Assembly: GCA_965603825.1 (NCBI GenBank)
Contig: CBFDEM010000053.1
Coordinates: 186,001-250,000 of the forward strand
Length of the DNA: 64,000 bases
Direction of reading: 5' to 3'
Origin: Blepharisma stoltei ATCC 30299
Taxonomy: Eukaryota; Protista; Ciliophora
How positions within the stretch are numbered: the stretch's first letter is position 1; the number at the start of each line of letters is the position of its first letter. Position numbers and translations under genes: made by a program. Positions 12,171 through 25,669 of the stretch are shown here, in pieces. Under the pieces are notes generated by a model. The model was not told the origin of the DNA. It did no database searches and saw only the letters and a program-made list of their open reading frames with translations.

Positions 12171-15100
12171 TTATAATTCTTGATAAGTCTCAATCTCAAA
12201 ATCACTTTCTGAACTATAATCTGAATCATTTTGTGAATTTTCGATGCTTTTTTCTGCTAATGCTGCTATATCTTTGACTTCATTTTTAGTCAAATCCTCA
12301 ATGCTGGATGAAGATTTTTCGCTTCTAATTGGCTCAATATCAGGCTCAAAATTATGAGATTTGTTTCTTACAAGTTTTTGCTCTTCCACGAATTTAAGTG
12401 TATCTTTATTATCAATCACTGGGTCTTCAATTATTTCTTCCTGATATCCTGGGTTTGCATTTTCTATTGAAACTAATGAGTTATTTTCTTTATTGGCAGG
12501 ACTCTCTGATTGTTTGGGTGGATCTTCAATGAAGCTTTCCTGCCTAATTTCTAAGCTTTCTCCGTCAGAGCTTGATGAATAAGTCAAGCTTTGTTTATTT
12601 ACTAGAGTTTGAGGGTCAGAGATTGGAAGTCCTTCAACTGATTTTAAAGGAGTTTTAAATCCATTTTGGCTCTCATATTCTGATTCGTATTCACTAAATA
12701 TTGTAGCTGATCCTCTCATTGCTTGTCCTGGGCTTATTTGATGGCCTAGCTCTGAATCTTCTGATTTTTTCTCTAATTTTTCTTCTTTACCTAAGCTGAA
12801 ACTTGGCTTATATTGGTTTTCTTCTAGTACAACGAAATCCTGAACAACTTTAATTTCTCTATCAGACTCTTCTGTCCTAATTATACTTTTTTCTTTTGGA
12901 AGGATACTTGCGAAGTTATGGGGTTCTCCTCCAATAGAGCTTCCTGAAGTAATGTCTTTAGCTAACTGGAAAGGATTATCTAGCCCATAATCTTCATTAT
13001 ACATTGAAGAGCTTAAAGATGAAGTTTCTAATGGCTTTTCTTTTGCTTCTCCTTTGGTAAATTCAGAGTCAATTATATCTTTAATTGCATTTGTATCCAA
13101 ATTACTTAAAATTGTGTTACTTCCCAACAAATTTTCTATGCTATTCGTATTTTCTGTGGCAATTACTTTATTATTTATCATTTCAGAGTTTGGCTTTGAT
13201 GCAACAAAATAACCATCATCAAATGGCTTAATTTCTGAATTTTTTTTGCTTTTTATTTTTTCTTCCTCAAATTTATGTGGAAATGAGCCACTTTTTTGGT
13301 TTATTTCTAAATTATTTACAATGTCACTATCAACATCTGAAACATCAGAGTCATTATAATTTTCTTCATCAATTGGCCCTTGATTTATTTTTATTCCAGA
13401 TGGTGATTGGCTCATGAACTGTGGCTCTTTTTTATAATTTTCGAATTTTTTTGCTGAAATATTTGTTTTTATTTCACTTGGTTTTTCGTCAAATGGAGAA
13501 GCTTCGCTGAGCTCTCTAGAAGAATTATTCAAATTTCTGTCAGGGGAGTCTTCAGTATACTCATAATTTACTTCGGAATCCAGTAGAGAAATTTTCCTTA
13601 CTAAATCAGGGGAGCTTTCTGAGCTGAATTTTTCAATTTGGAAGCCAAACTGAAAGAGAAATTCTTCAAGTTCTTTAATTTGTATATAAGAAGTTGAGGC
13701 ATCTTGGTCATATTGAAGAGACTCTAATAGCATAATGATATGGTCTTTCTGGATATCTGTGATGCCTAGCATTTCGAGACCATCTACAAAGTTATCAGGT
13801 GAAATTAGCCCGATTTCATTAGGATTAAAAACTTCAGCTGGATGCTTTTTCAATTGTACCAGGCCTCTGGCTATTTTTTCTAGATAAAATTTGACGAGTT
13901 TTGAACGCTCTATTTCTTGTGGATCTTCTTCACCATTCCCGTAAGCTTCAATGAAGTTGTAATAAGGTGCATTGTCAAGCTCATTATTATGAGAGTAAAA
14001 AAGAACTGCTATATACTTCCAAGTATCATCTGAAAAAGTAATCTTTGATTTTTTAACTGCTTCTTTAAACTCAGATAGTTTAATCGTCCCTATGCTGTCA
14101 TTGTCATAAATCTTGCAAGCATTTAAAAGAGCTTCACTGTGCTTTGACAAAACTGAAGCAAGCTGTGCATCAAATTTATTTTCATCTTCTTGAGAGAAAA
14201 TTGACCAATTTTCTAAAGATTTCAGTAACTTTTTTTCGATATTTCTCATGGAGCTTTTTAAAGTTGAAAACTCGCTTTCTGAAAATGATTGAAAGATTTC
14301 TGGTTCTACTAAATACTGGCATAGAAGATCTAAATCTGGAATTCCAGAGAGTGAGATTGAAGAATTGTTTAAGATTTTCAGTAAATCAGATTTAGAGAAA
14401 GCTATATTTCTATCAGTGATTTTTCCAAATAAATTTAGCACCGCTTCTTCTTTAGGAATTCTGTTGAGCTGCATGCGAAGAGAAATATGCTGTAATTGAT
14501 CAGAAATCTGATCAATCTTTACTGCAGAAATTTTTGTTTCTTTTATTGGGCTTTTTGGTTTTGGAGCTTCAATGGTCTCGCTAATATCCAAAACTGGCGT
14601 CTTTTCGCTACTTAGTTTTTTCAGCACTTTTTCTTCTTTCTCGCTGTCTGATTCTGAGCCAGAATTCGAGCTTGAGTCGCATCTTCAATATTTCCTATAC
14701 TTATCAATGATATCGACAACTGATAAAATGCCTTCTTTTTTGTTAAGTGCACTTTTTATATGCTTTGATTTAAGTTCGATTTTATGCTTCTTTAATCCTT
14801 TGACAAACTCTGCAAAACTTAAATAGCCATCATGGTCTTTATCAAGCTGAGAGATAAAATTAGCGATTGAGATTTTTTCTTTATGGATGTAATTATAAAT
14901 TTTCAAAAATAATTTTGGAATTTTTACATCGTTTTTACTAAAAGCTTTCTCAGATTTTTCAGCTTTAATTTTATCCACCTCAACTTTAAGTTCTGCTAAT
15001 TCTCTCTTAGCTTTTTCAAGTTCACTAGAAACAGTTTTTAGCTCATGAGCTGCTTTTTGATAGTCATTATTTATATTTTGGTTTTCTTCATTAAGTTTTT

Positions 15101-16139
15101 GGTTCGCACTCTCGAGTTTTTGATTCGCGTTTTCAAGCTTTTTTTTCTCTTTTTTTAATTTTCTATTTTCTTCAGTTTTCTCATTTAATTTTTCTAATTT
15201 TTTATCCATTTCTCTAATTAAATCATTTTTTTCTTTTTCTTCTGCTTCCAGTATCATTTTTAATTTTTGAATTTCTAACTTTCAGTTCGAATTTTTATGT
15301 TCTTTAGGATTTTCTTTTTCTACATCTTCAATTTTTCCTTTAAGTTTTGATATAGCTTCTTTATTTTTTTCAACAACACTTTTCAGCTCCTGATTTTCCT
15401 TTGTTAAATTTTCTATAATAAAAGCTTGCTGATAATAATTTTCATCTAGCAATTTCGGCTGGTCTCTTTCAGCAAGTGCTTCTTCTAGATTGTGCTTTAG
15501 TCGTGTGCATTCATCAATATAGGCTTTAATTTCTACCTCAAGCTCTTCCACCTTAGTAGCTTTAACATTTCTTCTTATGATGCTAATTTCTTGCTCTTTT
15601 TTAAGTATTTCATTTTTCAGCTCTTTGTTGGTATTTTTTAATTTAACTATGATAAAGCTTTGCTTCATTTCGGGGGATGGGTAATCGGACTGTTTTTTGA
15701 TTTCTTGAATTGACTCGTCTTTTTTAGCGAGCTCTCTTTCTAGGTGATTTAGTTTGGTTTTCAGTCTAACAATGTCTTCATTTGATGTATTTAAACGTAC
15801 TTTTAAAATCATATTTTCTTCGTATAATTTCTCTTTTTCTACAGGAACATTCCTTGACCTCAGTCGTGTGATTAGGTTGTCTTCTTCTCGCTTTGCAATA
15901 AATCTCGGCCGAACCACTACTGACCGTTTGCTTGAAGTCGGCCTTTTTGTGCTGGGCTTCGGACTATTACTAGACCTGACATCTTCATGCTTAGCACTTA
16001 ACGGCCTGGCAAAATTTTGTTTGAGCGATCTCTTTTCAAAGACTTGAATCCGATCGTTTTTATGCTGCGAATCTTCACCTCGAAGAGGCGATTTGTGATC
16101 ATATCTTCTGTTTAGAGTTTACAGTTGAGAAAAAGACAT
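12171..16139 (-). CDS. Large coiled-coil / EF-hand-like protein (~1317 aa, 1 intron)
   Basis: Three track ORFs share one frame and are joined by TGA (15282, 14685); DKDHDGYLSFAEF and DNDSIGTIKLSEF EF-hand-like loops; acidic low-complexity tail. Confidence 0.85.
16108..16122 (-). other. 15-nt intron
   Basis: Reverse complement gtaaactctaaacag; removes in-frame TAA after MSFSQL. Confidence 0.82.
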
Positions 16140-16408
16140 TTTTTGGGAAAATTGAATTGAATATACAAAATTATAGAGAAAGGGTTTTAAAAGAGAAAGT
16201 CTTATATATCTTTTATAATCATCATTTTTCTTTCTAATTCTTATTTTCCTCCATATATTTCCTCCCTTACAGTGCTTCATCAGCTGATTGTCGGTTACAT
16301 CACAGTCAAAGATATCATTTCTATATTAATCCGTTCTATTTCTATGTAATAATAGCAACCCTTCAAATTATTCTCATTTTCCCAGCTACTTAATAATAAA
16401 TTTAAGAA

Positions 16409-17401
16409 ATGCAAAGCCATCATATTCGCGACTATCAAATTCTCAAAACAATAGGTATTTTTCAATTAGGAACTGGCACTTTTGCAAGGGTAGCTATTGC
16501 AAAACCAAAAAGCCAAAAACCAGGCACGTTTTATGCAATAAAGATGATTAATAAAGAAATCCTTGCCAAGTTGAAACAGGTGGAGCATGCGAAATGTGAA
16601 AAACGGGTCTTGATGTCTCTCGACAACCCTTTTATACTAAAAGTGTAAAAGATATGTAGGTATAGCTCATTTCAAGACAACGCGTGCTTATATTTAGTTA
16701 TGGAATATGTTGCTGGAGGAGAGTTGTTTACAAGACTTAGATTATGGCATCATTTTCCTAATGATGTCGCTTTATTTTATGCTACTGAAATATTATTAGC
16801 AATTGAGTATATTCATTCAAATAATATTATTTATAGAGATTTAAAGCCAGAAAATCTCTTAATAGACCACACAGGACATATAAAAATTGCAGATTTCGGG
16901 TTTTGCAAACACATTGCTCAAGGTGAAAGAACTTTCACACTATGTGGAACCCCAGAGTATTTAGCACCAGAAATAATTAAATCAATTGGGCATGCAAAAC
17001 CAGTTGATTGATGGGCTTTTGGAATTTTAATTTATGAAATGCTTGTAGGGCATCCACCCTTTTTTGATAATAATCCTTACAAAATTTACAAGAAAATCGT
17101 TAAGGGGGAATATGAGTTTCCGCCTGAAATTTCGAAGCCAGCGGCAAAATTAATAAGCAGATTGCTGATTTTAGAACAAGAAAACAGATTAGGAGCAGTT
17201 AGGGGAAGTGAAGAAATTAAAGCAGCAAAATGATTCAGAGGAGTTGACTGGGGAATGGTCTTTCGAAGAGAAATCAGGGCCCCTTGGGCGCCAAATTTAA
17301 GTGGACCTGGGGATACTTCTTCATTTGCTAATTATCCTGATGATGACACATTTTTTCATCCTGCAAGCGCTTCAGTTAACGAGCTATTCAGAGATTTTTA
17401 A
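16409..17401 (+). CDS. cAMP-dependent protein kinase catalytic subunit-like (AGC kinase), 2 introns
   Basis: [34 protein letters not shown](W=TGA)WAFG, C-terminal FRDF-stop (FxxF). Confidence 0.93.
16455..16469 (+). other. 15-nt intron (in-frame)
   Basis: gtatttttcaattag; removal gives canonical KTIGTGTF glycine loop. Confidence 0.85.
16645..16659 (+). other. 15-nt intron
   Basis: gtaaaagatatgtag; removes TAA, giving PFILKVYSSFQD. Confidence 0.9.
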
Positions 17402-18492
17402 TAAGTTTTAATGTCAAATTATTTTGAATTGCTAATGAAAACTTACAAAATTCTAATTATAAAGCTTGAATGATAATAATAATAATCGTTGCTATATACA
17501 TTTTAAAACATAGAATAAAGACAAAGATTTAAAAATTTTTATTGGACCTTGGGCTTATTTGGGTGCAAGTACACAGGAGATGCTGGTGACCAGGGTTTTT
17601 TTTTCCTACTTGGAAAATATGAAGTTGGCTACAAGTATGGCCCGCATACTTATTTCCAAAAATGCACAAGGCACAATATTATATTAATATGGCTTAAATT
17701 GCAAATAAATAGAAAAAATGCTTTTTTATTAATTAATTGTTGTGATAAATCACAAATTGGCATTATCATAAGAAAATATAACTCAAACAATATTTATTTT
17801 TAGCAGAATATGATAAATAGTTAGAATTTTTATGTGCCACATTTTACGTTTAAAATTCACAGGGATTTATACATTCATAAAATCTATTAATCTGCAATTT
17901 GAAATCCCTACTAAATCGATAGTTTTTGTGCTTTGAATTCATTTAAAAGGTTTGAGCAATTAAATGTCGTTCCATTTTTACTGGAAGTTTTATCTGCAAT
18001 TTAACTTAAGCGAAATAAAAAATTTTACCTTAGAAACCAAATAAGCACAAATTAAAAGTCTTTAATTGTCAAAATATATTGATTTGCAATATAAGGCATT
18101 CAGAGCAGATTATACTTTTATCCTTATTTTTTAGCTTTTTATAAAAGCACTAATTTGAGTATTGATAGCAGTTAAATTGTAAATCTCATTCATTTATTAA
18201 TAGCACAGCTTTAATTTTAAATAAACTCTTTTTACAAGCCAATATAATATTTTTCTTTTTTTGCAATTGCTCAAAGACTTTTAGAAGTAGGTTTCCTATG
18301 CCTGTTTACGAATCAAGCTCCTAACTTGACTTGTCGTATCAAAGGTCCATGCAAAATACAAGAAAGCGCTTTTAATATTATGAAACTGTAAACCTGCATC
18401 TTAATCTTAGTCCATTTTTGAAAAATCCGGTTCATTTTTGCACTGGAAGGCACTAAGATAACTGCTCAAGAATTAATGAAACTAATAATAAT

Positions 18493-21400
18493 ATGATAAA
18501 ACCTGTAAGGAGATCGAGCTCCTCATTCATTGTTGGCTTGCAGCAGCTAAAAGATGAGATGGAAAATAAAGAGCGAGCTGATAGGCTTGCAAGAGAAGAT
18601 AGCATCAAAAAGGGCACCTTAACGAAAGATGATGGAAAAAAGAAAGGCAAAAAAGGAAAAGAAGACGATGCAATTAAAAACACTGAGGCGTTTCGTGACA
18701 TGGTTGAACATAAAATTTCATTAGAAGAATTGGCAAGAAATTTGGAAACTGATCTAGAACTAGGCTTATCAGAAGACAAAGCTCGCAACAAGATCAAAGT
18801 CTATGGTGAAAATAAGCTCACTGAAAAGAAAGGAATGCCTTGATGACTGCATTTTATTAAATGCTTGACAGGATTTTTCTCATTATTGCTATGGGCAGGC
18901 GCCATTTTATGCTTTATTGTTTATGGAATCAGTCAAGCTGACCCGTCCAATCTTTACCTTGCTATCGCACTTGTAGTTGTTGTTCTAGTAACTGGCATTT
19001 TTGGCTTTTACCAAGAAGCCAAGTCAGCTGCCATTATGGCAGGGTTTAAAAATATGATTCCTCCTAAGTGCTTGGCTATTAGAAATGGAACCCAACGAGA
19101 AATGGAAGCCTCCAAGCTTGTCCCTGGAGACATTGTATACGTAAAGCAAGGCAATAAAATCCCAGCTGATATAAGGATTTTGCATTCAAATAACATGAAA
19201 GTTGATAATTCCTCTTTGACTGGAGAAAGCGAGCCGCTGCAGAGGACTGAGAATTGCACAAACGAAAAAAATCCATTAGAAACTGAAAATTTGGCATTTT
19301 TCGGTACTATGTGCAGCTCTGGGGAAGGAAAAGGGATAGTTATCAGTACAGGCGATAAAACAGTTATGGGTAGAATTGCGAAGCTAGCATTTTCTACAAA
19401 AACTGAACAAACTACTCTCGGAAGAGAAATCGAATTCTTCGTAAAAGTCCTCAGCGCTATATCACTTTCTATGGGAGTCATTTTCTTTTTCTTAGGTTTC
19501 AGCTTTGGATACGACACTGTTACAAATATTATTAATGCGATTGGAGTTATCGTTGCTAACGTCCCCGAAGGACTTTTGGCTGAAGTCACTGTTGCGCTTG
19601 CTCTTACTGCAAAAAGAATGGCTGAAAGAAATGTTCTTGTAAAAAACCTTGAGTGCGTCGAAACTTTAGGCTCAGTATCTTGCATTTGTTCTGATAAAAC
19701 AGGGACATTAACGGAAAACAAAATGAGAGTTGTAAGTGTGTGGTATGATGATTCAATAAGAGAGGTAAATAATTATGAAGATAAAAGCACCGTTTCTTCA
19801 CTTGGATATAAAATTGATGACCAAAGCTTTTTGATGCTTCTCAGGTGTGCTGTTCTTAACAGCAAAGCTCAATTTTCTTCAGAACCACCTGAAGAGGAGC
19901 TTAGTGATAAGCAAGGAAACCCTCTTCCTGAAAGCGAAATTGAAAATATAAAGCAAAAGTTTAGAGAGGATCTTGTCAAAAAGTCAATACAGCTCTGGCC
20001 AACTTTTGGAGGAGATGCTTCGGAAATTGCACTTATAAAGTTTTTCCACCCTATACAAAATGTAGCAGAAACTAGGCAAGCCTATCCGATACTGATAAGA
20101 GATGGGATTAAAGGTGAAATTCCATTTAACTCAGCTAACAAATATGCTGTAACTATTCATGAGCCGACTGATTGGAATCCAGATAATCATAAAAAAGACT
20201 GCATTTTATTCATGAAAGGAGCTCCTGAGCAGCTCTGGGAAAGATGCACCACTATTCTTAATAAAGGAGTTGCAACCCCAATCACAGAAGAAGTCAAATC
20301 CAGATTTGCAAAAGCGAACAAGCACTTTGGAAGCAGAGGACAAAGAGTTCTTGGATTTGCGTATCAGTGGCTGGATCATAAGGATTATCCAAGAAACTAT
20401 GTTTTTGATCCAAATAAAGAAGATGGTCCAAATTTCCCACTCACTGGGCTTACATTTATTGGATTGACTGCACTTATGGATCCTCCAAGGAAAAAGGTAA
20501 AAGAAGCTGTCAACTCTGCCCATGAAGCAGGAATCAAAGTAATTATGGTCACTGGAGACCAGCCATTGACAGCTGCAGCTATTGCGAGGCAGGTTAACAT
20601 CATTACTCAGCCAAAGACAGTCAATGACTTTGTAGAAGAAGGTGTGGACTGGGATAAAGCCATGGAATTGAGTGACGCTATAGTGATCCATGGCGACATG
20701 CTCACTAAAGCCCACGCAGAAGACGCTGAACTTCCATTCAGAGAGCAAAGAATTGCAAAATGGCTAAGCAAATCAGAAATTGTGTTTGCAAGGACTTCTC
20801 CTGCTCAGAAATATATGATTGTTGACGCTAACCAAAAACTTAAGCACATAGTTGCTGTAACTGGAGATGGTGTAAACGACAGCCCAGCCATTAAAAAGGC
20901 TGATATTGGAATTGCTATGGGGATTGTTGGCAGTGATGCAGCTAAAGATGCTGCTGATATGCTTCTGATTGACGATAACTTTGCATCTATAATCCAAGGG
21001 GTAGAGCAAGGGAGAGTCATTTTCGATAATCTTAAGCGAACAATTGCCTATGTCTTAGCTTCCAACCCACCTGAAATTGTACCTTTTTTGGCAGCTGTCA
21101 TTTTCCAAATACCTTTACCTTTGACCACCATTTTAATGCTGGCGGTTTGTATAGGAACAGATGTGATTCCTGCAGTTTCTCTCGCATATGAAGAAGCTGA
21201 GCTTGATATTATGAAAAGAAAGCCTAGAAATGCAGAAACAGACCATTTAATGTCGCTTCAGCTTCTCTTCTTTGCATATATGCAATCTGGGATGATAATT
21301 GCAGTTGCTGGCATGATGGAATATTTAGTCATAATGTATGATTTTGGATTCAAGCCACAGGTTCTATGGTTTTGGTATATATCAACGTCTGGTACTAAAC

Positions 21401-21984
21401 CTGGTAAGAATGATGTATATGATCCTGATATTCCATCAAAGGGAAATTCTCATATTGGCGATTCAGATTATGAAGGAACTGCAGTTAACTATTTAACGAA
21501 TGAGGATGGAGTCTATGACTTAAGAATATGGTTTCACAATTATGGTCATGATAGCTGGTCTGACTGTAAGTATCCAGGCTGGACCTCACCTATCACCAAT
21601 CATGAAATTTGCTATACAAGTGAAGCACTGCACTATGCCCAATGTGGATGGTTTATAGGACTTGTCTGTGCTCAATACGCAAACATTCAGATTGTAAGGA
21701 CTAGAGAAAAAAGTATCATAGATAGAGGGTTTTCTAACTGGGTTTTAAATTGTGCGGTAGCTTTTGAAACTTTATTTGCCTTGCTAATTTGCTATGCGCC
21801 TGGACTAAATGAGGCACTAGGAGGAAGACCCTTATTAACATTGCATTATGGATTCCCTGCAGTGCCTGGATTTATTCTTCTCGTTTTATATGATGAAGCA
21901 AGAAAGTTTTTGATGAGAAAAGAAATGAAAAGACATAAAGGCACTGGAACTAAAGGCTGGATTGAAGATAATACCTATTATTAA
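18493..21984 (+). CDS. P-type ATPase subfamily IIC (Na+/K+- or H+/K+-ATPase alpha-like), paralogue 1 (1163 aa)
   Basis: [40 protein letters not shown]-terminal WIEDNTYY; TGA-TGA at 18841-18846 = PWW. Confidence 0.95.
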
Positions 21985-22108
21985 TAAACTTGAATTTTTA
22001 GTTATATGTAAATAATATTGACTCATTTCTTTAATTGTCTCTAATTTAATATCAATTGCCAAAGATGGAATATCAACCATTTATTCAGACCTAATCTATT
22101 AAATTTTT

Positions 22109-25100
22109 ATGTCCCGGTCAATCAGAAGAACTAGCTCTTCATTTATCATTGGATTCCAGCAGATAAAAGACCAGCTAAAACTCAAAGAAGAAGCAGAAAA
22201 ATACGTTAAAGCTGAAGAGGCTAAAAAGTACCCAGAAAAAGCAGTGCCTTCTGGCAAAGGTCGAGATAAGACAGAAGAAGCCATAAAGCACTCAGAAGAA
22301 TTCCGGGCAATGACAGAGCATAAAATTACGTTAGATGAGCTTGCAAATAACCTTGAGACAGACTTTCAAAATGGTCTGACAGAAGAAAAAGCCCATCTAA
22401 AACTTGGTGTTTCTGGTGAAAACAAGCTTTCCGAGAAGCAAGGACTGCCTTGATATATAAGATTTCTTAAACAATTGACTGGATTTTTTTCATTGCTTCT
22501 GTGAGCTGGAGCCATTCTATGCTTCATTGCCTATGCAATTAGTGGATCTGACCCGTCAAATATATACTTAGGTCTTGCTTTAATAGTCACAGTACTAGCA
22601 ACTGGGATATTTAGTTATTATCAAGAAGAAAAATCAGCTGCAATTATGGCAGGTTTTAAAAATATGATTCCTCCCAAATGTACTGTGATTAGAAACGGCA
22701 CGAAAAAAGAAATAGAGTCTGCGAAGATTGTACCAGGAGATATTGTAGCTGTAAAGCAAGGTGGAAAAATACCAGGAGACATGAGAATTATTGAGTCAAA
22801 TAATATGAAGGTCGATAACTCGACACTTACAGGAGAAAGTGAGCCTTTGTCTAGATCAGAAAAGTGTACAAATGAAAAAAATCCACTTGAAACTGAAAAT
22901 TTAGCATTCTTCGGAACTATGTGCAGCTCTGGTGAAGGTAAAGGTGTCATCATTTTCACTGGAGATCGCACAGTTATGGGGAGAATTGCTGGGCTAGCTA
23001 TAACAACAGAAGCAGAACAAACAACACTTAACAAAGAAATCACGAGATTTATAAAAATTATAAGCGTTGTTGCCATTATTTTAGGGGCTGTTTTCTTTGG
23101 GCTAGGATTTGCCCTTAAATATGCTGTAGTTGCCAATATTATTAATACAATAGGGATCATTGTCGCAAATGTCCCTGAAGGTCTGTTAGCAGAGGTCACG
23201 GTAGCCCTTTCGCTGACAGCCAAAAGAATGGCTGAAAAAAATGTCCTTGTTAAAAACCTTGAAGCTGTAGAAACCCTTGGAGCCACCACTTGTGTGTGCT
23301 CAGATAAAACAGGGACTTTAACAGAAAATAAAATGAGAGTTGTCAGCTTGTGATATGATAAAAAAATAAGGGATGTTGCTAACTATGAAGACAAAAATAA
23401 GGAGCTTGGGTATGATGTGGAGAATCAGACATTTATTATGATGATGAGATGCGCAATTCTTAATAGCAAAGCTCAATTTAATTTTGAAGTCCCTGATATT
23501 ATGTTGATGGATAAAAAAGGAAATTTTTTCCCTAAAGAAGAGGCTCAGAAAATCAAGGATAAATATAAAAAAGATCTATTAGGAAAATCAGTAGAATTAT
23601 GGCCAACAATAGGTGGAGATGCTTCAGAAATCGCTTTAATTAAATTTTTTAACCCCATTGAAAATATTTCCCAGTTACGAGAAAAATATCCAGTTCTAGT
23701 AAGGAGTGGAGTCAAAGCTGAAATTACTTTTAATTCAGCCAATAAATATGCAGTCACTCTACATGAGCCTACAGACTGAAACCCAAGCGAGCATAAAAAA
23801 GACTGCATTTTATTCATGAAAGGAGCTCCTGAGCAGCTGTGAGAAAGATGCAGCACAGTTTTTATAAATGGAAAGGCTCTTCCATTATCCGAAGAATGGA
23901 GAAAAGAGTTTGATACAGCCAACAAGGCTTTTGGAAGCAGAGGGCAACGAGTGCTAGGATTTGCATTTTTATGGCTAAAAGACTCAGAATATGCTAGTGA
24001 TTTTGTGTTTGAACCTCATCAGGAAGGGGGGCCTAATTTCCCACTCAATGGACTAACTTTTATAGGATTGGCTGTACTAATGGACCCTCCAAGAAAAAAA
24101 GTAAAAGAAGCTGTCAACTCTGCCCATGAGGCTGGGATTAAAGTTATTATGGTCACTGGAGATCAGCCATTGACAGCTGCTGCTATTGCCAGGCAGGTCG
24201 GCATCATTACTCAGCCAAAGACAGTCAACGATCTTGTAGATGAAGGAATTGAATGAGATAAAGCGCTTGAATTAAGTGATGCTATTGTAATCCACGGAGA
24301 CATGCTTACCAAAGCACACATTGAAGATTCTGGGCTGCCTTTTGGAGAGCAAAGAATCGCAAAATGGCTAAGCAAGAAAGAAATTGTGTTTGCCAGAACA
24401 TCTCCTGCACAAAAATATATGATTGTAGACGCTAATCAACAGCTTAAGCATATAGTTGCAGTTACTGGAGATGGCGTAAATGACAGCCCAGCCATCAAAA
24501 AAGCTGACATTGGGATCGCGATGGGAATAGTTGGAAGTGATGTCGCCAAAGATGCAGCTGATATGCTCCTTATAGACGATAATTTCGCTTCAATAATCCA
24601 AGGTGTTGAGCAAGGGAGAGTAATTTTCGACAATCTTAAGCGAACAATTGCCTATGTCCTCGCTTCAAATATCCCAGAAATTCTTCCATTTCTTGCATTT
24701 GTGATATTTCAAATTCCGCTTCCTCTGACCACAATTTTAATGCTTGCAATTGACTTAGGAACTGACATGGTCCCTGCTGTAGCTCTTGCTTATGAAAAGC
24801 CTGAACTTGATGTTATGAAAAGAAAGCCTAGAAATGCAGAAAAAGATCATTTAATGACCTATCAGCTTTTATTCTTCGCATATACACAGACAGGCATGAT
24901 AGAGGCTTGTGCAGGATTTATGGCTTATTTTACAACTTTATATCAGTTTGGGTTTAAGCCACAAACTTTGTGATATTTTGCGCTAGCAGATACAGGGACA
25001 AAACCAAGCAGCAGTGATATTTATGACCCGAATACTCAATATAAAGGGAATACACATATAGGGATATCAAAATATGAGGGAAAAAAAGTTGATTATATAA

Positions 25101-25582
25101 CCAATAGTGATGGGAAATATGACTTAAGGATATGATTTTATAATTATTCAGAAAGTGATTGGGCTGAATGCCAGTATTCAGGACTGAAATCTCCTATCAC
25201 AGACCATAAGATTTGCTACACGAGTGAGGCTGTGCACTACGCCCAATGTGCATTTTTTATTGGAATTGTATGTGTGCAGTGAGCAAATATTCATATTGTA
25301 AGAACTAAGGTAACGAGCTTAATTGATCAGGGGCTAGATAATTGATTTGTTAATGCAGGTATGGTTTTTGAAACTTTTATAGCACTATTAATATGCTACG
25401 TGCCTGGTTTAAACTCAGCATTGGGTGGAAGACCTTTGCCATCATTACTATGGGGCTTTCCTGCAGTGCCATTTTTTATATTACTGATACTTTATGATGA
25501 AACAAGAAAATTCCTGCTCAGACAAGAAAGAAAAAGACACCCTGGTCGAAAAGGATGGATAGAAAAGAACACCTTTTATTAA
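22109..25582 (+). CDS. P-type ATPase IIC alpha-like, paralogue 2 (1157 aa, 10 in-frame TGA=Trp)
   Basis: Same motifs, collinear with paralogue 1; TGAs fall at Trp positions. Confidence 0.95.
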
Positions 25583-25669
25583 AAAATTAATAAATTCTCT
25601 ATTAAATTAGAGAAATTTGTATATTTATCTAGCCTAAATTAGTACCAATATTTCAGTATTTATAATATA

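Noticed and set aside
9651-17401. PDE + EF-hand + PKA as a cAMP gene cluster
   Set aside because: These families are large in ciliates, so adjacency is expected by chance; opposite strands and no shared motif seen
17549-17803. 84-aa plus-strand ORF
   Set aside because: TTG start, runs into AT-rich non-coding DNA, no recognisable motif
19008-24633. Long antisense ORFs over the ATPases (e.g. 19008-19721, 22621-23289) and 164-607
   Set aside because: Shadows of well-supported sense genes with no protein-like motifs
22109-25582. ATPase paralogue 2 (and other fragmented genes) as pseudogenes
   Set aside because: Every interruption is an in-frame TGA at a Trp position or a consensus 15-16-nt intron; no frameshifts
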